A stretch of DNA of 64,000 bases from Acidimicrobiales bacterium (GCA_965116535.1 OZ220703.1:961545-1025544), one strand, 5' to 3'; counted from the first letter of the stretch, positions 8,606 through 18,390 are shown. The notes: a model not told the origin generated them from the sequence alone. Numbers and translations: made by a program.

Positions 8606-10270
8606 CTAAGACGAGATGAGATTGAACCCCTCATAGCCAGCGGCGGCCACCTCTTCGCACTTCACGGCGTAATCGGGGAAGCCGGGCAGGGGCATGAATA
8701 CTCGGGTCTTACCAGGGATGTTGGCCCCCAGGTACCAGGAGTTGCAGGTGGGGTACAGCGTGTAGCTGGCCACCAGGTTCACATGGTCTACCCAGGCTTC
8801 GGTGGACTCCTCGGAAGCCTCGATGTGGCGGTGGCCGTTGGCCCGCATGTAGCTGATGCAGTCGCCGATCCAGTCCACGTGCTGCTCGATGCACACGATC
8901 ATGTTGGCCAGCACCGACGGGCTGCCCGGGCCGGTGATGGTGAACATGTTGGGAAAGCCGGGCACGCCCAAGCCCAGGTATGTGCGGGGCCCGGCGTACC
9001 ACTGCTCCGCCAGGGGAAGTCCCTCGCGGCCCTGGATGTCGATGCGGAGCAGCGAGCCGGTCATGGCGTCGTAGCCGGTGGCGAACACGATCACATCCAG
9101 GTCGTATTCGGCTCCGTCGGCGGTGCGCAGGCCACCGGGGGTGATCTCGGCAATGGTGTTCTCGCTGATGTCCACCAAAGTGACGTTTTCGCGGTTGAAC
9201 GTAACGAAGTAGTCGGTGTCGAGCACCAGGCGCTTACAGCCGATGTAAGTGGTGGGGATGAGCCGCTCGGCCACCTCGGGATCCTTCACCGTCTCACGTA
9301 TCTTGGCCTTGACGAAGTCGGCGGCCACGTGGTTGGCCTCGGGGGTGCGGGCTATGTCGGAATAGGCGCCGAGGAAGGCAAAGCCGCCGATCTCCCAGCG
9401 GGAATCAAACTCCTTGAAGGCCTCCTCAACCTCCACATCGAGTACCGAGCCCTCGTTCCAGTCGAACCGGGCCCCGAGCGCACCTTGCTGGCTCTTGTTC
9501 TTTTCCCTGAGCTTGCGATAGTCGGCTTTGACCTCGGCTTGCTCCGCCGGGTCGAGGGGGTGGTTGCGGGCCGGTATGGCGTATTGCGGGGTGCGCTGGA
9601 ACACGGTGAGGTGGTCGGCGGTCTCGGCGATCACCGGTATGGCCTGAATCCCCGAGGAACCGGTGCCGATTATGCCAACCCGCTTGCCGGCGAAGTCGAT
9701 GCCCTCCTTGGGGTAGCGGCCGGTGTGGCACACCTCGCCCTCGAAGGTGTCGATGCCCTCGATGTCGGGCACATTGGACGACGACAGGCAGCCGACCGCG
9801 GTGATGAGATATTCAGCGGTCACCAGATCGCTGTCGGGACCGGCGGGGGCGTGATTGTGGTCGATGTGGTCCACCGCGGGCGCGCTGCTGATGTGCCAGC
9901 GACCGGTGTCGTCGTCGAAGGCCGCCTTGGTGACCTTGGTGTTGAACTGGATGTCCCGATACAGGTCGTAGCGCTGGGCCACGTGCTGGGCGTAGCGAAG
10001 GATTTCGGGCTGACCCGGATAGCGCTCGGTCCACTCCCACTCCTGCTCCAGTTCGGGATCGAAGCTGTAGCAGTACTCCAGGCTCTCCACATCGCAGCGG
10101 GCGCCGGGATAGCGGTTCCAGTACCAGGTGCCGCCGACGTCATCGCCGGTTTCATAGACCTTGGCGGTCAACCCCAGTTGTCTGAGCTTGTACAGCATGT
10201 AGATGCCGGCGAATCCGGCGCCGATGACTACCGCGTCGTAGTGGACAGGGCTCTGGTCGTTGGTGCTCAT
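8606..10270 (-). CDS. Baeyer-Villiger (flavin-containing) monooxygenase
   Basis: Track ORF was trimmed to MSTNDQSPVHYDAVVIGAGFAGIYM (GxGxxG). It has the BVMO-like fingerprint FEGEVCHTGRYP and a second Rossmann motif GIIGTGSSG. Confidence 0.85.
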   Translation of the reverse strand: MSTNDQSPVHYDAVVIGAGFAGIYMLYKLRQLGLTAKVYETGDDVGGTWYWNRYPGARCDVESLEYCYSFDPELEQEWEWTERYPGQPEILRYAQHVAQRYDLYRDIQFNTKVTKAAFDDDTGRWHISSAPAVDHIDHNHAPAGPDSDLVTAEYLITAVGCLSSSNVPDIEGIDTFEGEVCHTGRYPKEGIDFAGKRVGIIGTGSSGIQAIPVIAETADHLTVFQRTPQYAIPARNHPLDPAEQAEVKADYRKLREKNKSQQGALGARFDWNEGSVLDVEVEEAFKEFDSRWEIGGFAFLGAYSDIARTPEANHVAADFVKAKIRETVKDPEVAERLIPTTYIGCKRLVLDTDYFVTFNRENVTLVDISENTIAEITPGGLRTADGAEYDLDVIVFATGYDAMTGSLLRIDIQGREGLPLAEQWYAGPRTYLGLGVPGFPNMFTITGPGSPSVLANMIVCIEQHVDWIGDCISYMRANGHRHIEASEESTEAWVDHVNLVASYTLYPTCNSWYLGANIPGKTRVFMPLPGFPDYAVKCEEVAAAGYEGFNLISS

Positions 10271-10304
10271 GGTCGAATAGGAGTGGTTCGGGTCGGATAG
10301 GGAA

Positions 10305-11558
10305 TCAGGCTGCGGGGCGCAGCTTGTAGCGCACCGGCAGCTTCTTGGCGCCAACGATGAGGTTGGACTCCGTGCGAACGATCGGACCGGCCGGCTCGAT
10401 CTCCACCACCCGTTCGGCCAACTGCTTGATGAGGGCCTGGGTGCTGGCCCGGGCCAGGTGCGCCCCCAAGCAGTAGTGCTCGGCCCAGCCGAACCCCAGA
10501 TGGCGATTGGGATGGCGGCCGATGTCGAATTCGCTGGGACGGTCGAACACCGTCTCATCCCGATTGCCCGAGGCGTAGAACATGACCACGAAGTCGCCTT
10601 CTTTCACCGGCTGACCGGCCACGGTGGCATCAGCCATGGCGGTGCGCTTCATGTAGTTGACCGGGGTGGACCACCGAATCACTTCTTCCACCGCGTCTTT
10701 GATCAATTCCGGGTTTTCCTTCAGCCGCTGGAGCTGGTCGGGATTGGCCAAGAACGCCTCTAGCGCGCCCGACAGTCCATTGCGAGTGGTGTCGTGCCCG
10801 GCGGTGAACACGATGAGGTAGTAGCCAAAGGTCTCGATCTCGGGCAGGGCCTCGCCGGTGGGCAGATGAGCATTGGCCAACATGGTGGCCAAATCCTCTT
10901 GGGGATTGGCCTGGCGGTCTTTGATGATGCGGTCGAACATGGCGTAGAACTCCAAGCCCACTTGCAGGCTGGCCTCGTAGCGGCTGTCGGCCTTCCGCTG
11001 GTAGTCGGGATCGTCACCCGACAGCAGCTGCTGGGTCAGAACCAGCAGGCGCTCCTCATCCTCTTGGTCGATGCCCAGAATGGTGGACAACACCCGCAAC
11101 GGGTGGCGCTGGGCGATGACGTCCACGAAATCGCACTCCCCCTCGTCGCCCAGGCTGTCGAGCAGGGCCTTGGCGCTGTCGTGGACGATCTGGTCGAGCT
11201 CGCTGATGCCCCGGGGGGTGAAGAACCCGCTGGCCACTTTGCGGTAGAGCCGATGCTCCGGCGGATCCATGCTGATGATGGTCCGCATTTGGCTGATGAT
11301 GCTGCCGTGCTCCTCCAAATCGGCGACCTGTTGGTCGCTGCGCACCGCGATGCTGTCGGCCTCGTTGCTGAACAGCTCGGGCTGCATGGAGACTTCGATG
11401 ATGTCGGCATGGCGGGTTACGGCCCAGAAGTTCTGGTAGCCGTCGGGCTCGCACCAGTGCACGGGAGAGTTCTGGCGCATCCAGGCCATCAGCTCGTGGG
11501 GATGCCCGTTGGCGCCGTAGCGCTTGGGGGAGATGAGATCTAGGGGGTCGACGTCCAC
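10305..11558 (-). CDS. Cytochrome P450
   Basis: 417 aa. Heme-binding loop FGWAEHYCLGAHLA and I-helix FTAGHDTT. Confidence 0.9.
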   Translation of the reverse strand: MDVDPLDLISPKRYGANGHPHELMAWMRQNSPVHWCEPDGYQNFWAVTRHADIIEVSMQPELFSNEADSIAVRSDQQVADLEEHGSIISQMRTIISMDPPEHRLYRKVASGFFTPRGISELDQIVHDSAKALLDSLGDEGECDFVDVIAQRHPLRVLSTILGIDQEDEERLLVLTQQLLSGDDPDYQRKADSRYEASLQVGLEFYAMFDRIIKDRQANPQEDLATMLANAHLPTGEALPEIETFGYYLIVFTAGHDTTRNGLSGALEAFLANPDQLQRLKENPELIKDAVEEVIRWSTPVNYMKRTAMADATVAGQPVKEGDFVVMFYASGNRDETVFDRPSEFDIGRHPNRHLGFGWAEHYCLGAHLARASTQALIKQLAERVVEIEPAGPIVRTESNLIVGAKKLPVRYKLRPAA

Positions 11559-11581
11559 GTATGAGACGTTAGTGCAACCCC

Positions 11582-12670
11582 TTACTGACTCAATATTCCG
11601 CTGCTTTGGATGATGTCCTCAGTGGTCTCGAAACCGCCGCCGAGAGCGTCGAAATCTACCGAACCGATCGACAGGGCAGTCAACGGGGGCAGCACAGGGT
11701 TGGGCTCCACACCACCGGCCAGCGGGTATTCATACGTGTTTCGCGTGAAGAAGCGCTGCACCGATGGGGACAATAGGTAGGCGATCAGGTCTTGAGCTGC
11801 TTCCCGGTCGGACACGTTGGTGGTCATGGTGGCCGCGGTGATGATGAGCAGCGAGCCGATGTCCTCATCGGAGAGGTCGTAGTTGGCCGCTCGATGCTCC
11901 TGCCCGGCTGCCTCGGCATCGGCGGCCAGCCGGTAGTTGTAATAGTGGTTCACCAGGCCCACGTCGATCTCGCCCCGGGCGGCAGCCTCCACGATGGCTA
12001 CATTGTTGGGGTAGTAGCGGGCGTCGTTGTCCACCATGTCGCTCAACCACTGGGTGGCCACGTCGTTGCCGTACTGGTCGCGGAACACGGTAAACCAGTC
12101 AACAAAAGACCCGTTGGTAGCTGGGATGGCCACCCGGCCCCTCCACTTTGGATCGGTGAGGTCGAACACTGAGCTTGGTAGCTCTGATGGGGGCACGATT
12201 TCGACGTTGTGGACCAGCACCCGCTTGCGGCCGGAGAAGCCGATCCAGGTGCCGTTGTCTCCCCGATAGTCATCGTCGACCAGGTCGAGCACGCTGCTGT
12301 CTATTGCGGTGAGATGGCCATTCGCCTCTAGGAATCCCACCGGACCCGGCGACCTGGAGATGAAGACGTCGGCTTCAGTGCGGTTGCCCTCGGTGTCTAT
12401 CAAGAGGGCCAAGTCGGTGGACGAGCCCCAGCGAACTCGGACCGATGTCCCGCTCTGGCAGGCAAATGCGTCATAGACGGGCTTCATCAGGTTCTCGCTC
12501 CGGCCGGAGTACACGGTGACCGACGATCCGTTGTCATCGGCGCATTTGCCGTCGTAAACGGTGGCGGCGACGCCTTCCAGTTTCGTTCCGCCATCACCGC
12601 CGCAAGCCGCAGCCAAAAGGGTCAGGGTGAGCAGCGCGCCAGCCAGGCTGGCGCGGGAAATCTTGTTCAT
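11582..12670 (-). CDS. Extracellular solute-binding lipoprotein, Fe(3+)/FbpA-AfuA-like family 1 SBP, with no transporter partner nearby
   Basis: Signal peptide with lipobox LLAAACGG. SBP-type sequence (TVYSGRSENL..., VNHYYNY). No permease or ATPase gene is adjacent. Confidence 0.7.
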   Translation of the reverse strand: MNKISRASLAGALLTLTLLAAACGGDGGTKLEGVAATVYDGKCADDNGSSVTVYSGRSENLMKPVYDAFACQSGTSVRVRWGSSTDLALLIDTEGNRTEADVFISRSPGPVGFLEANGHLTAIDSSVLDLVDDDYRGDNGTWIGFSGRKRVLVHNVEIVPPSELPSSVFDLTDPKWRGRVAIPATNGSFVDWFTVFRDQYGNDVATQWLSDMVDNDARYYPNNVAIVEAAARGEIDVGLVNHYYNYRLAADAEAAGQEHRAANYDLSDEDIGSLLIITAATMTTNVSDREAAQDLIAYLLSPSVQRFFTRNTYEYPLAGGVEPNPVLPPLTALSIGSVDFDALGGGFETTEDIIQSSGILSQ

Positions 12671-12679
12671 GGGCGCAGA

Positions 12680-12708
12680 ACCCTAGGATGACTGCGTCAG
12701 GTTGTCAA
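12680..12708 (-). promoter_or_regulatory. Candidate promoter TTGACA-17-TAGGGT, about 9 nt before the SBP ATG (leaderless or very short leader)
   Basis: Minus strand reads TTGACAacctgacgcagtcatccTAGGGTtctgcgcccATG. An AT-rich inverted repeat TTGTC-N8-GACAA lies just upstream (about 12722-12739). Confidence 0.35.
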
Positions 12709-12747
12709 GTTAGCCTAACATTTGTCGTATAGAAGACAATATGGCTG

Positions 12748-13968
12748 CTAGGCAGCGGGTTTGACCGACTTCCAGCTCAGGGGCAGCTCGACATAGCCGT
12801 CGATGAGGCTGGAGTGCAGACGGGGCAGGGTGGCGGGGTCGTCCACTCCCAGCGCTAAGCCGTCGAATCGACCGACGATGGCCTCAAACATCATCTTTGC
12901 CTCCAGCCGGGCCAGAGACGCGCCCAGGCAGAAGTGGGGTCCTCCAGCGCCAAAGGCCACGTGCTGGCTGGCATCGCGGGTGATGTCAAGGGTGTCGGGG
13001 TTGTCGAAAGCCCGCTCGTCGCGATTGGCCGAGGGATACCAGATCACCACCGGGTCCCCAGCTTTGATCTCCTGGTCACCTACCACGGTGTCGTAGCGGG
13101 GCCGGCGTACGAACTGCATCACCGGGGTGGTGTAGCGCAACAGCTCCTCTATGGCGTTGGGAATAAGAGACTGGTCGTCTTTGAGCATCTGGAGCTGGTC
13201 TGGATTGCGGAGCAACTCCAGGGTTCCGGTGGTGATGAGGTTGCGGGTGGTTTCGGAACCGGCGTTCTGGAGGAGCATGAAGAACACGTCGATCTGCAAC
13301 TGGTTCAGCGACTCACCATCGATGTCGGCCTCCAAAAGCACGCCGATGAGGTCGTCGTGGGGCTCCTTCTTGCGGATCTCGCACATCTGATCGGCATAGG
13401 CGAACATTTCCGCTCCAGCCTCTATTTGCTCCTCCATGCTGTATTTCTCGTCAAAGCCGAACGTGATCTCAGTCCAGTGGAAGATTTGGTGGCGGTCTTC
13501 CTCGGGTACGCCCACCAAGTCGGCGATCACTTGCAGGGGCAATTCCACCGCGATCTCGTTGACCATCTCACAGCTGGTTTTGCCTGCCACCTGATCGATC
13601 AGCCGGTTGACTTGGGCCTGGATGTTCTCCTCCAAGTCGCGCACTCGGCGAGGTGTGAACCCCCGGTTGACCAGCTTGCGCATTTTGGTGTGGTCGGGTG
13701 GGTCCAGGCTGATGAGCATTTCCTGGTTGCTCCCGTCATCAACCGCGGGACCCCGATCACCGGGCAAGAAGGGATTGGGCTGGTTGCTGAAGCACTCGGA
13801 GTCGCGCGATACCCGCTGCACGTCGGCGTGGCGGGTTACGTTCCAGAAGCCTTGCCAGCGTGGGTGCTCGCACCAGAACACCGGGTCGTTGTCACGCTTG
13901 TGGCGGAAATACTCGTAGGGGAATCCGTTCTTGAAAGTAGTGGGACTCCAAAGTTCCAGTGATTCCAT
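12748..13968 (-). CDS. Cytochrome P450
   Basis: 406 aa. Heme loop FGAGGPHFCLGASLA and I-helix NAGSETT. GGAGG RBS before the ATG at 13968. Confidence 0.9.
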   Translation of the reverse strand: MESLELWSPTTFKNGFPYEYFRHKRDNDPVFWCEHPRWQGFWNVTRHADVQRVSRDSECFSNQPNPFLPGDRGPAVDDGSNQEMLISLDPPDHTKMRKLVNRGFTPRRVRDLEENIQAQVNRLIDQVAGKTSCEMVNEIAVELPLQVIADLVGVPEEDRHQIFHWTEITFGFDEKYSMEEQIEAGAEMFAYADQMCEIRKKEPHDDLIGVLLEADIDGESLNQLQIDVFFMLLQNAGSETTRNLITTGTLELLRNPDQLQMLKDDQSLIPNAIEELLRYTTPVMQFVRRPRYDTVVGDQEIKAGDPVVIWYPSANRDERAFDNPDTLDITRDASQHVAFGAGGPHFCLGASLARLEAKMMFEAIVGRFDGLALGVDDPATLPRLHSSLIDGYVELPLSWKSVKPAA

Positions 13969-13986
13969 CTCTGCCTCCTGAGGCGC

Positions 13987-14817
13987 TTACGTCGAGGGCT
14001 TTCGGCCCAATACAGCAATCGATAGAGAACTCATCATGACAAATCCAGGGACCCGAACCTGAGCCAGAGCCGTTTCTCCCTCTTCGGGGGTGACCAATCC
14101 GGCTTCCACGATGCGCGGGATGGCCTGTTCCATCGCGAGGAACCACCACTCTCCGCCCGGTTCGCCGGAGCGCATGGCCCACACCTCCCCTGTGATGTCG
14201 ATGTCTTCAGCCCCCAGGTCGCAAAACCGCCCGAGCAAGCGCACCCCGTAGTTGGGATCCCGCCATTCGGTGATGGTTCCGGTGGCCATGGCTCGGTGAA
14301 CGGTGCCGTAGGGCTCGGGCAGGCTCTGCTCGCTGAATGCAGAAAAGGAGCCGTCTTCCACCACTAGCCATCCTCCGGGGACTAGCGCGGCCCACATTGT
14401 CTCGAGCACTTGATCTCGTTCGGGCACGTGCTGGAGCAGCGCCCGGGCGTGGACGAGGTCGAAGGACCCAACCGGCGCGGGGTCGTTTGCCACGTCGTGC
14501 TGCTCGACGACCACGTTGGGCAGCACCGGCCGGTGGAATTGCAGATCCAGATCGGTGGACCACACGGTGCCGTCGGGTCCGACTCGCTTGCCCAACCAGG
14601 CTGATACCGAGCCGGCGCCGGCACCCACCTCCCAGCACCGCCAGCCGGGACTCAGCCCAATGCTGTCGAGGATTCGGCGAGTGCGGGGGTCGCGGGCTTC
14701 GGCCAGTTGGGCCAGGCGTATGTGCTCATTGTCCTCGTGGCCCTCACGAACTCCATACCTTTCGTCAGCCACTGGCGCCTCTCCTCTGTAAATCTCGTCG
14801 TCATACCGTATCGTCAC
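13987..14817 (-). CDS. SAM-dependent methyltransferase (class I)
   Basis: Motif I CWEVGAGAGSVSAWL. The start is uncertain: the GTG at 14817 was chosen because the longer track ORF (to 14979) would overlap the divergent acyl-CoA dehydrogenase. Confidence 0.65.
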   Translation of the reverse strand: MTIRYDDEIYRGEAPVADERYGVREGHEDNEHIRLAQLAEARDPRTRRILDSIGLSPGWRCWEVGAGAGSVSAWLGKRVGPDGTVWSTDLDLQFHRPVLPNVVVEQHDVANDPAPVGSFDLVHARALLQHVPERDQVLETMWAALVPGGWLVVEDGSFSAFSEQSLPEPYGTVHRAMATGTITEWRDPNYGVRLLGRFCDLGAEDIDITGEVWAMRSGEPGGEWWFLAMEQAIPRIVEAGLVTPEEGETALAQVRVPGFVMMSSLSIAVLGRKPST

Positions 14818-14820
14818 GTC

Positions 14821-16071
14821 GTGGATGCCCAAGCCGAGCACACCGAAGACACCCCGGAAAGGGCTGAGTTTCGAGCAGAGGTGCGGGCCTGGCTGGAGGC
14901 CCGAGCCCCTCTGCGAGAAGACGGCGACGGATGGTCTACCCGCACCACCCACCCTGATGCCGAGGCGGAGAAGGCCCACATGGACCGATGCCGGGCATGG
15001 CAGCGGGAGCTATACGACAGCGGGTGGGCGGCCATCGACTGGCCGGTGGAGCACGGCGGTGCGGGGGGCGAGCGCTGGCAACGACAGATCTTCCAGCAGG
15101 AGACGGCTCAATTTGATGTGACCAGCGGATTTCTGGCCGCTGGGATCGCCCTGGCCGGGCCAGCCATCGGCCACTTCGGCACCGACGAGCAAAAAACCCA
15201 TCATCTCAAGCCCATGCTGCGGGGTGATGTGGTGTGGTGTCAGCTGTTCAGCGAACCCGGCGCCGGGTCAGATCTGGCCAACCTGGCCACGAGAGCCGAG
15301 CGAGACGGCGATGAGTTCGTGGTGAACGGCCAGAAGGTGTGGAACTCCTCGGCCCACCTGTCGGACTGGGGAATCCTGCTGGCCCGCACCGACCCCGACG
15401 CCCCCAAGCACAAGGGGATCACCTTCTTTTTGGTGGACATGTCCACTCCGGGCGTTGACCCCCGGCCCATTCGCACCATCAACGGATCAGCCCACTTCAA
15501 CGAAGTCTTCTTGAGCGACGTGCGGATCCCTGCTGACAACGTGGTCGGCGACGTGAACAGCGGATGGGCGGTGGCTCGGTTGGTGCTGGCCAACGAGTCC
15601 ACCATGATCGGCGGCGGCATGGACCGGGCCGACAGCACGGCCAACCTCATCACGCTGGCCCGGCGGTGGGGTACAGACCAAGACCCCATGGTTCGCCAAG
15701 AGCTGGCCCAGGCCTATACCAAGGAAAAGCTGTTGGACTGGATGGGCCGTCGGCTGCAAGAGGACGTTCGCCGGGGACGCCAGCCCAGCTTCGACGGCTC
15801 GGTGCTGAAGGTGTACTGGTCGGAGAGCCGTCGCGACCGGGGCAACCTCGGTTTGGGGATGCTGGGGGGATACGGAGTGGCAGGCGATCATGCCGACACC
15901 GGGGTGTGGGCCAATGAAGCGCTGAACCGGTTCTGGGGATCCATCGGCGGGGGCACCGACGAGGTACACCGCAACAACATGGCTGAGCGCGTGCTGGGTT
16001 TGCCCCCTGAGCCCCGGGTGGACAAGCACGTTCCGTGGCGGGAACAAGTGGGCGGAGCCGGCTCAGGATGA
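14821..16071 (+). CDS. Acyl-CoA dehydrogenase
   Basis: CQLFSEPGAGSDLANL...DEFVVNGQKVWNS is typical of ACADs. The start was set at GTG 14821 (VDAQAEHTEDTPERAEFRAEVRAWL); the longer track ORF begins at 14707. Confidence 0.8.
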   Translation: MDAQAEHTEDTPERAEFRAEVRAWLEARAPLREDGDGWSTRTTHPDAEAEKAHMDRCRAWQRELYDSGWAAIDWPVEHGGAGGERWQRQIFQQETAQFDVTSGFLAAGIALAGPAIGHFGTDEQKTHHLKPMLRGDVVWCQLFSEPGAGSDLANLATRAERDGDEFVVNGQKVWNSSAHLSDWGILLARTDPDAPKHKGITFFLVDMSTPGVDPRPIRTINGSAHFNEVFLSDVRIPADNVVGDVNSGWAVARLVLANESTMIGGGMDRADSTANLITLARRWGTDQDPMVRQELAQAYTKEKLLDWMGRRLQEDVRRGRQPSFDGSVLKVYWSESRRDRGNLGLGMLGGYGVAGDHADTGVWANEALNRFWGSIGGGTDEVHRNNMAERVLGLPPEPRVDKHVPWREQVGGAGSG

Positions 16072-16144
16072 TGTTTTGAATTCATCTCTTGTTCATTCAA
16101 GTCGCGGTCGCACTTGCCCATTGCGGAAGTAAACTGACCCCAAC

Positions 16145-16744
16145 ATGGCTGACCAAGCCACTTTCGCCGACCAGGCCATGGTCTACATGGACCAGCTCTA
16201 CTCGGCGGCTCGGCGGATGACCCGCAACACAGCCGACGCCGAGGATCTTGTGCAAGAAACCTACCTGCGGGCCTACCGGGGTTTCGGCAACTTCCAGCAA
16301 GGCACCAACTTGCGGGCCTGGCTGTTCCGCATCCTCACCAATGCGTTCATCAACTCCTACCGGAGCAAGCAGCGCAAGCCGCAGTCGGTGGATCTGGCCG
16401 GGGTCGAAGACCTGTATCTGCACCAGAGGTTGGGAGGCGATGTGCGGGCCGCGCTGGGGGCCAGCGCCGAAGACGTGCTCATGGAGACGATCACCGAGTC
16501 GGAGATCATCGAAGCCCTGGAGTCGCTGCCTGAGGAATACCGGATCGCCGTCTTGTTGGCCGATGTGGAGGGCTTCGCCTACAAGGAAATCGCCGAGATT
16601 CTCGACGTTCCCATGGGAACGGTCATGAGCAGGCTCCATCGGGGAAGAAAAACGCTGCAAAAGCGGTTGTTAGAGTTCGGAACAGAGCGGGGATGGGTGG
16701 ATCCACCCGACCCCGACAGGACGCCGGCTTCGGCTGGCATCTGA
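16145..16744 (+). CDS. ECF (sigma-70 family group 4) RNA polymerase sigma factor, SigH/SigR/SigE-like
   Basis: Region 2 [17 protein letters not shown]...WLFRILTN and region 4 [23 protein letters not shown]. Confidence 0.85.
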   Translation: MADQATFADQAMVYMDQLYSAARRMTRNTADAEDLVQETYLRAYRGFGNFQQGTNLRAWLFRILTNAFINSYRSKQRKPQSVDLAGVEDLYLHQRLGGDVRAALGASAEDVLMETITESEIIEALESLPEEYRIAVLLADVEGFAYKEIAEILDVPMGTVMSRLHRGRKTLQKRLLEFGTERGWVDPPDPDRTPASAGI

Positions 16745-16761
16745 TTTTCGGAGGCACCGCG

Positions 16762-17046
16762 ATGAGCAGCGATCGACATTGCTTGGGGGTACCCAACCAG
16801 TGCGATTTTTCACGCGAGCTCATCGCTCTGGCTCTGGACGGCCAGCCCACCTTGGAGAGCATCAACCGAGTTCGTGTGGAACTGGGCGACTGCCTCCCCT
16901 GTGTCCAGGTTCTGGATGTCGAAATTCGATTCAAGCTGGCCATGGGCCAAGCCTGCCGGGAAGCGGCCCCCGCCTCATTGCAAATCCGCATCACCGAGAC
17001 CCTCCAGCGCGTCGTGCTCGACGACTTGGACATTCAGGACTTCTGA
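16762..17046 (+). CDS. Putative zinc-binding (ZAS-like) anti-sigma factor
   Basis: 94 aa, starting 18 nt after the sigma stop, with a GGAGG RBS. Cys-rich: HC...QC...GDCLPC (CxxC). Confidence 0.6.
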   Translation: MSSDRHCLGVPNQCDFSRELIALALDGQPTLESINRVRVELGDCLPCVQVLDVEIRFKLAMGQACREAAPASLQIRITETLQRVVLDDLDIQDF

Positions 17047-17106
17047 GCGTGTCCCAGCCCACCGCCCCGCGTGGAGTCCAAAGAAACAGGCCACTAGGGT
17101 GATCGC

Positions 17107-17283
17107 ATGGATTTGATCGCTGCGGTGGTGTGGCACTGGTGGATCGCCCTGCTTTTGGTTATCGGCACGGTTCCACTCGTAATCGCCACCATCGTCGGCT
17201 ACTTCACCAAGGTGGTCGCGCCCCGCTACAACATTCGGCACCAGCGAGAATCCAGATCTCAGAGTGCCGCCGAATCCGACTAG
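17107..17283 (+). CDS. Small hydrophobic membrane protein (58 aa), below the ORF-track length cut-off
   Basis: Hand translation: MDLIAAVVWHWWIALLLVIGTVPLVIATIVGYFTKVVAPRYNIRHQRESRSQSAAESD. It fills the gap between the anti-sigma gene and the next gene. Confidence 0.35.
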   Translation: MDLIAAVVWHWWIALLLVIGTVPLVIATIVGYFTKVVAPRYNIRHQRESRSQSAAESD

Positions 17284-17301
17284 AAGCGACGGGAATTCCC
17301 G

Positions 17302-18390
17302 GTGGTGGCGGCGGCCGAGCCTGTCGACTGGAGGCTGGCGGAGCGAGTAGCCAAGAAAGTGGGGGGACACGAGCCGTTCCTCGACTCCTACCACTACCGC
17401 AACCTCGCCCCCGAGCTGACTGAGCTGACCGCCCAAGCTGAGGAACTGGTAGCAGCCGAAACCGGGCTGAAGTCGAGTTCGGGGGCAGCCCGGGCCCAAG
17501 TGGCCACCCGAGCCCAGTGGGTGGATGCCAACGTGGCCTCCTTCCAGCGGCTACTGCGCCCGGTGACAGCGAAGATGGCCGAACGGGTGTCGTACTCGTG
17601 GATGGCCCCGGTAACCCAGCGGGTGAGCGGTACTGAGATGGGGGCGGTGCTGGGTTGGATGTCCACCCGGGTGCTGGGCCAATACGACCTGCTCATCATC
17701 GAAGACGACCGCCCCGAAGACCAGGACATGGTCTATTACGTGGGCCCCAACGTGATGGCCATCGAGCACAAGCACGGCTTCGACACCCACCAGTTCCGGC
17801 TCTGGCTGGCCCTGCACGAAACCACCCACCGGGCCCAGTTCACCGGCATAGAGTGGCTCCGCCCCCACTTTCTGAGCCTGGTGCAGGAGGCCCTCGATGC
17901 CGCCGAGCCCGACCTGGAGCACTTCAAGGCCGTGGCCAAGCAGGTGCTCGAGGCCCGCCGGCGGGGCGAGGACCCGCTGGCCGACGGAGGACTGCCCGCC
18001 CTTTTGGCCACCCCCGAGCAGAAGGTGGTGCTGGATCGCATCGGCGGCATGATGAGCCTGCTGGAGGGTCACGGCGACATCACCATGGACCGGGCCGGCG
18101 CCAGCCATATCCCCGATGCCAGCCGGTTTGCCCGGGTGCTGCGCCATCGACGCAACTCAGCCAAGGGAGTGTCCAAGTTGATCCAGCGCATCATCGGCAT
18201 CGAGGCCAAGCTGAATCAGTACGCCGCCGGGGAGGCGTTCATCGAGACGGTGGAGTCCCGCGGCGGCCCCGAATTGCTCAACCGAGTGTGGGAGTCGTCG
18301 GAGCGCCTGCCCACCATGACCGAGATCCGCAATCCCCAGCAATGGATCGACCGGGTCAACGGCAACGCTGTAAACAACGGGCAAGGCTGA
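17302..18390 (+). CDS. Zinc-dependent metalloprotease-like protein (DUF2342 family)
   Basis: HExxH present as LALHETTHRAQFTGIEWL. The size and its position before tilS are typical for actinobacteria. Confidence 0.7.
   Translation: MVAAAEPVDWRLAERVAKKVGGHEPFLDSYHYRNLAPELTELTAQAEELVAAETGLKSSSGAARAQVATRAQWVDANVASFQRLLRPVTAKMAERVSYSWMAPVTQRVSGTEMGAVLGWMSTRVLGQYDLLIIEDDRPEDQDMVYYVGPNVMAIEHKHGFDTHQFRLWLALHETTHRAQFTGIEWLRPHFLSLVQEALDAAEPDLEHFKAVAKQVLEARRRGEDPLADGGLPALLATPEQKVVLDRIGGMMSLLEGHGDITMDRAGASHIPDASRFARVLRHRRNSAKGVSKLIQRIIGIEAKLNQYAAGEAFIETVESRGGPELLNRVWESSERLPTMTEIRNPQQWIDRVNGNAVNNGQG

Noticed and set aside
8594-10300. 568-aa plus-strand ORF
   Set aside because: It is antisense to the Baeyer-Villiger monooxygenase, whose FAD/NADPH motifs are unambiguous, and it has no motifs of its own.
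8606-10558. N-terminal extensions in the ORF track (for example 8606..10558, 38127..39461, 51502..52551, 21181..22713, 44687..46807)
   Set aside because: The extensions overlap upstream genes and carry no homology-like sequence. Internal starts with RBS or stop-start overlaps give proteins beginning at the family-typical N-termini, so the trimmed coordinates were used.
16072-16144. SigH/SigR-type autoregulatory promoter (GGAAT-N18-GTT) upstream of the ECF sigma gene
   Set aside because: A GGAAG is present near 16122, but no GTT lies at the required spacing, so no promoter call was made.
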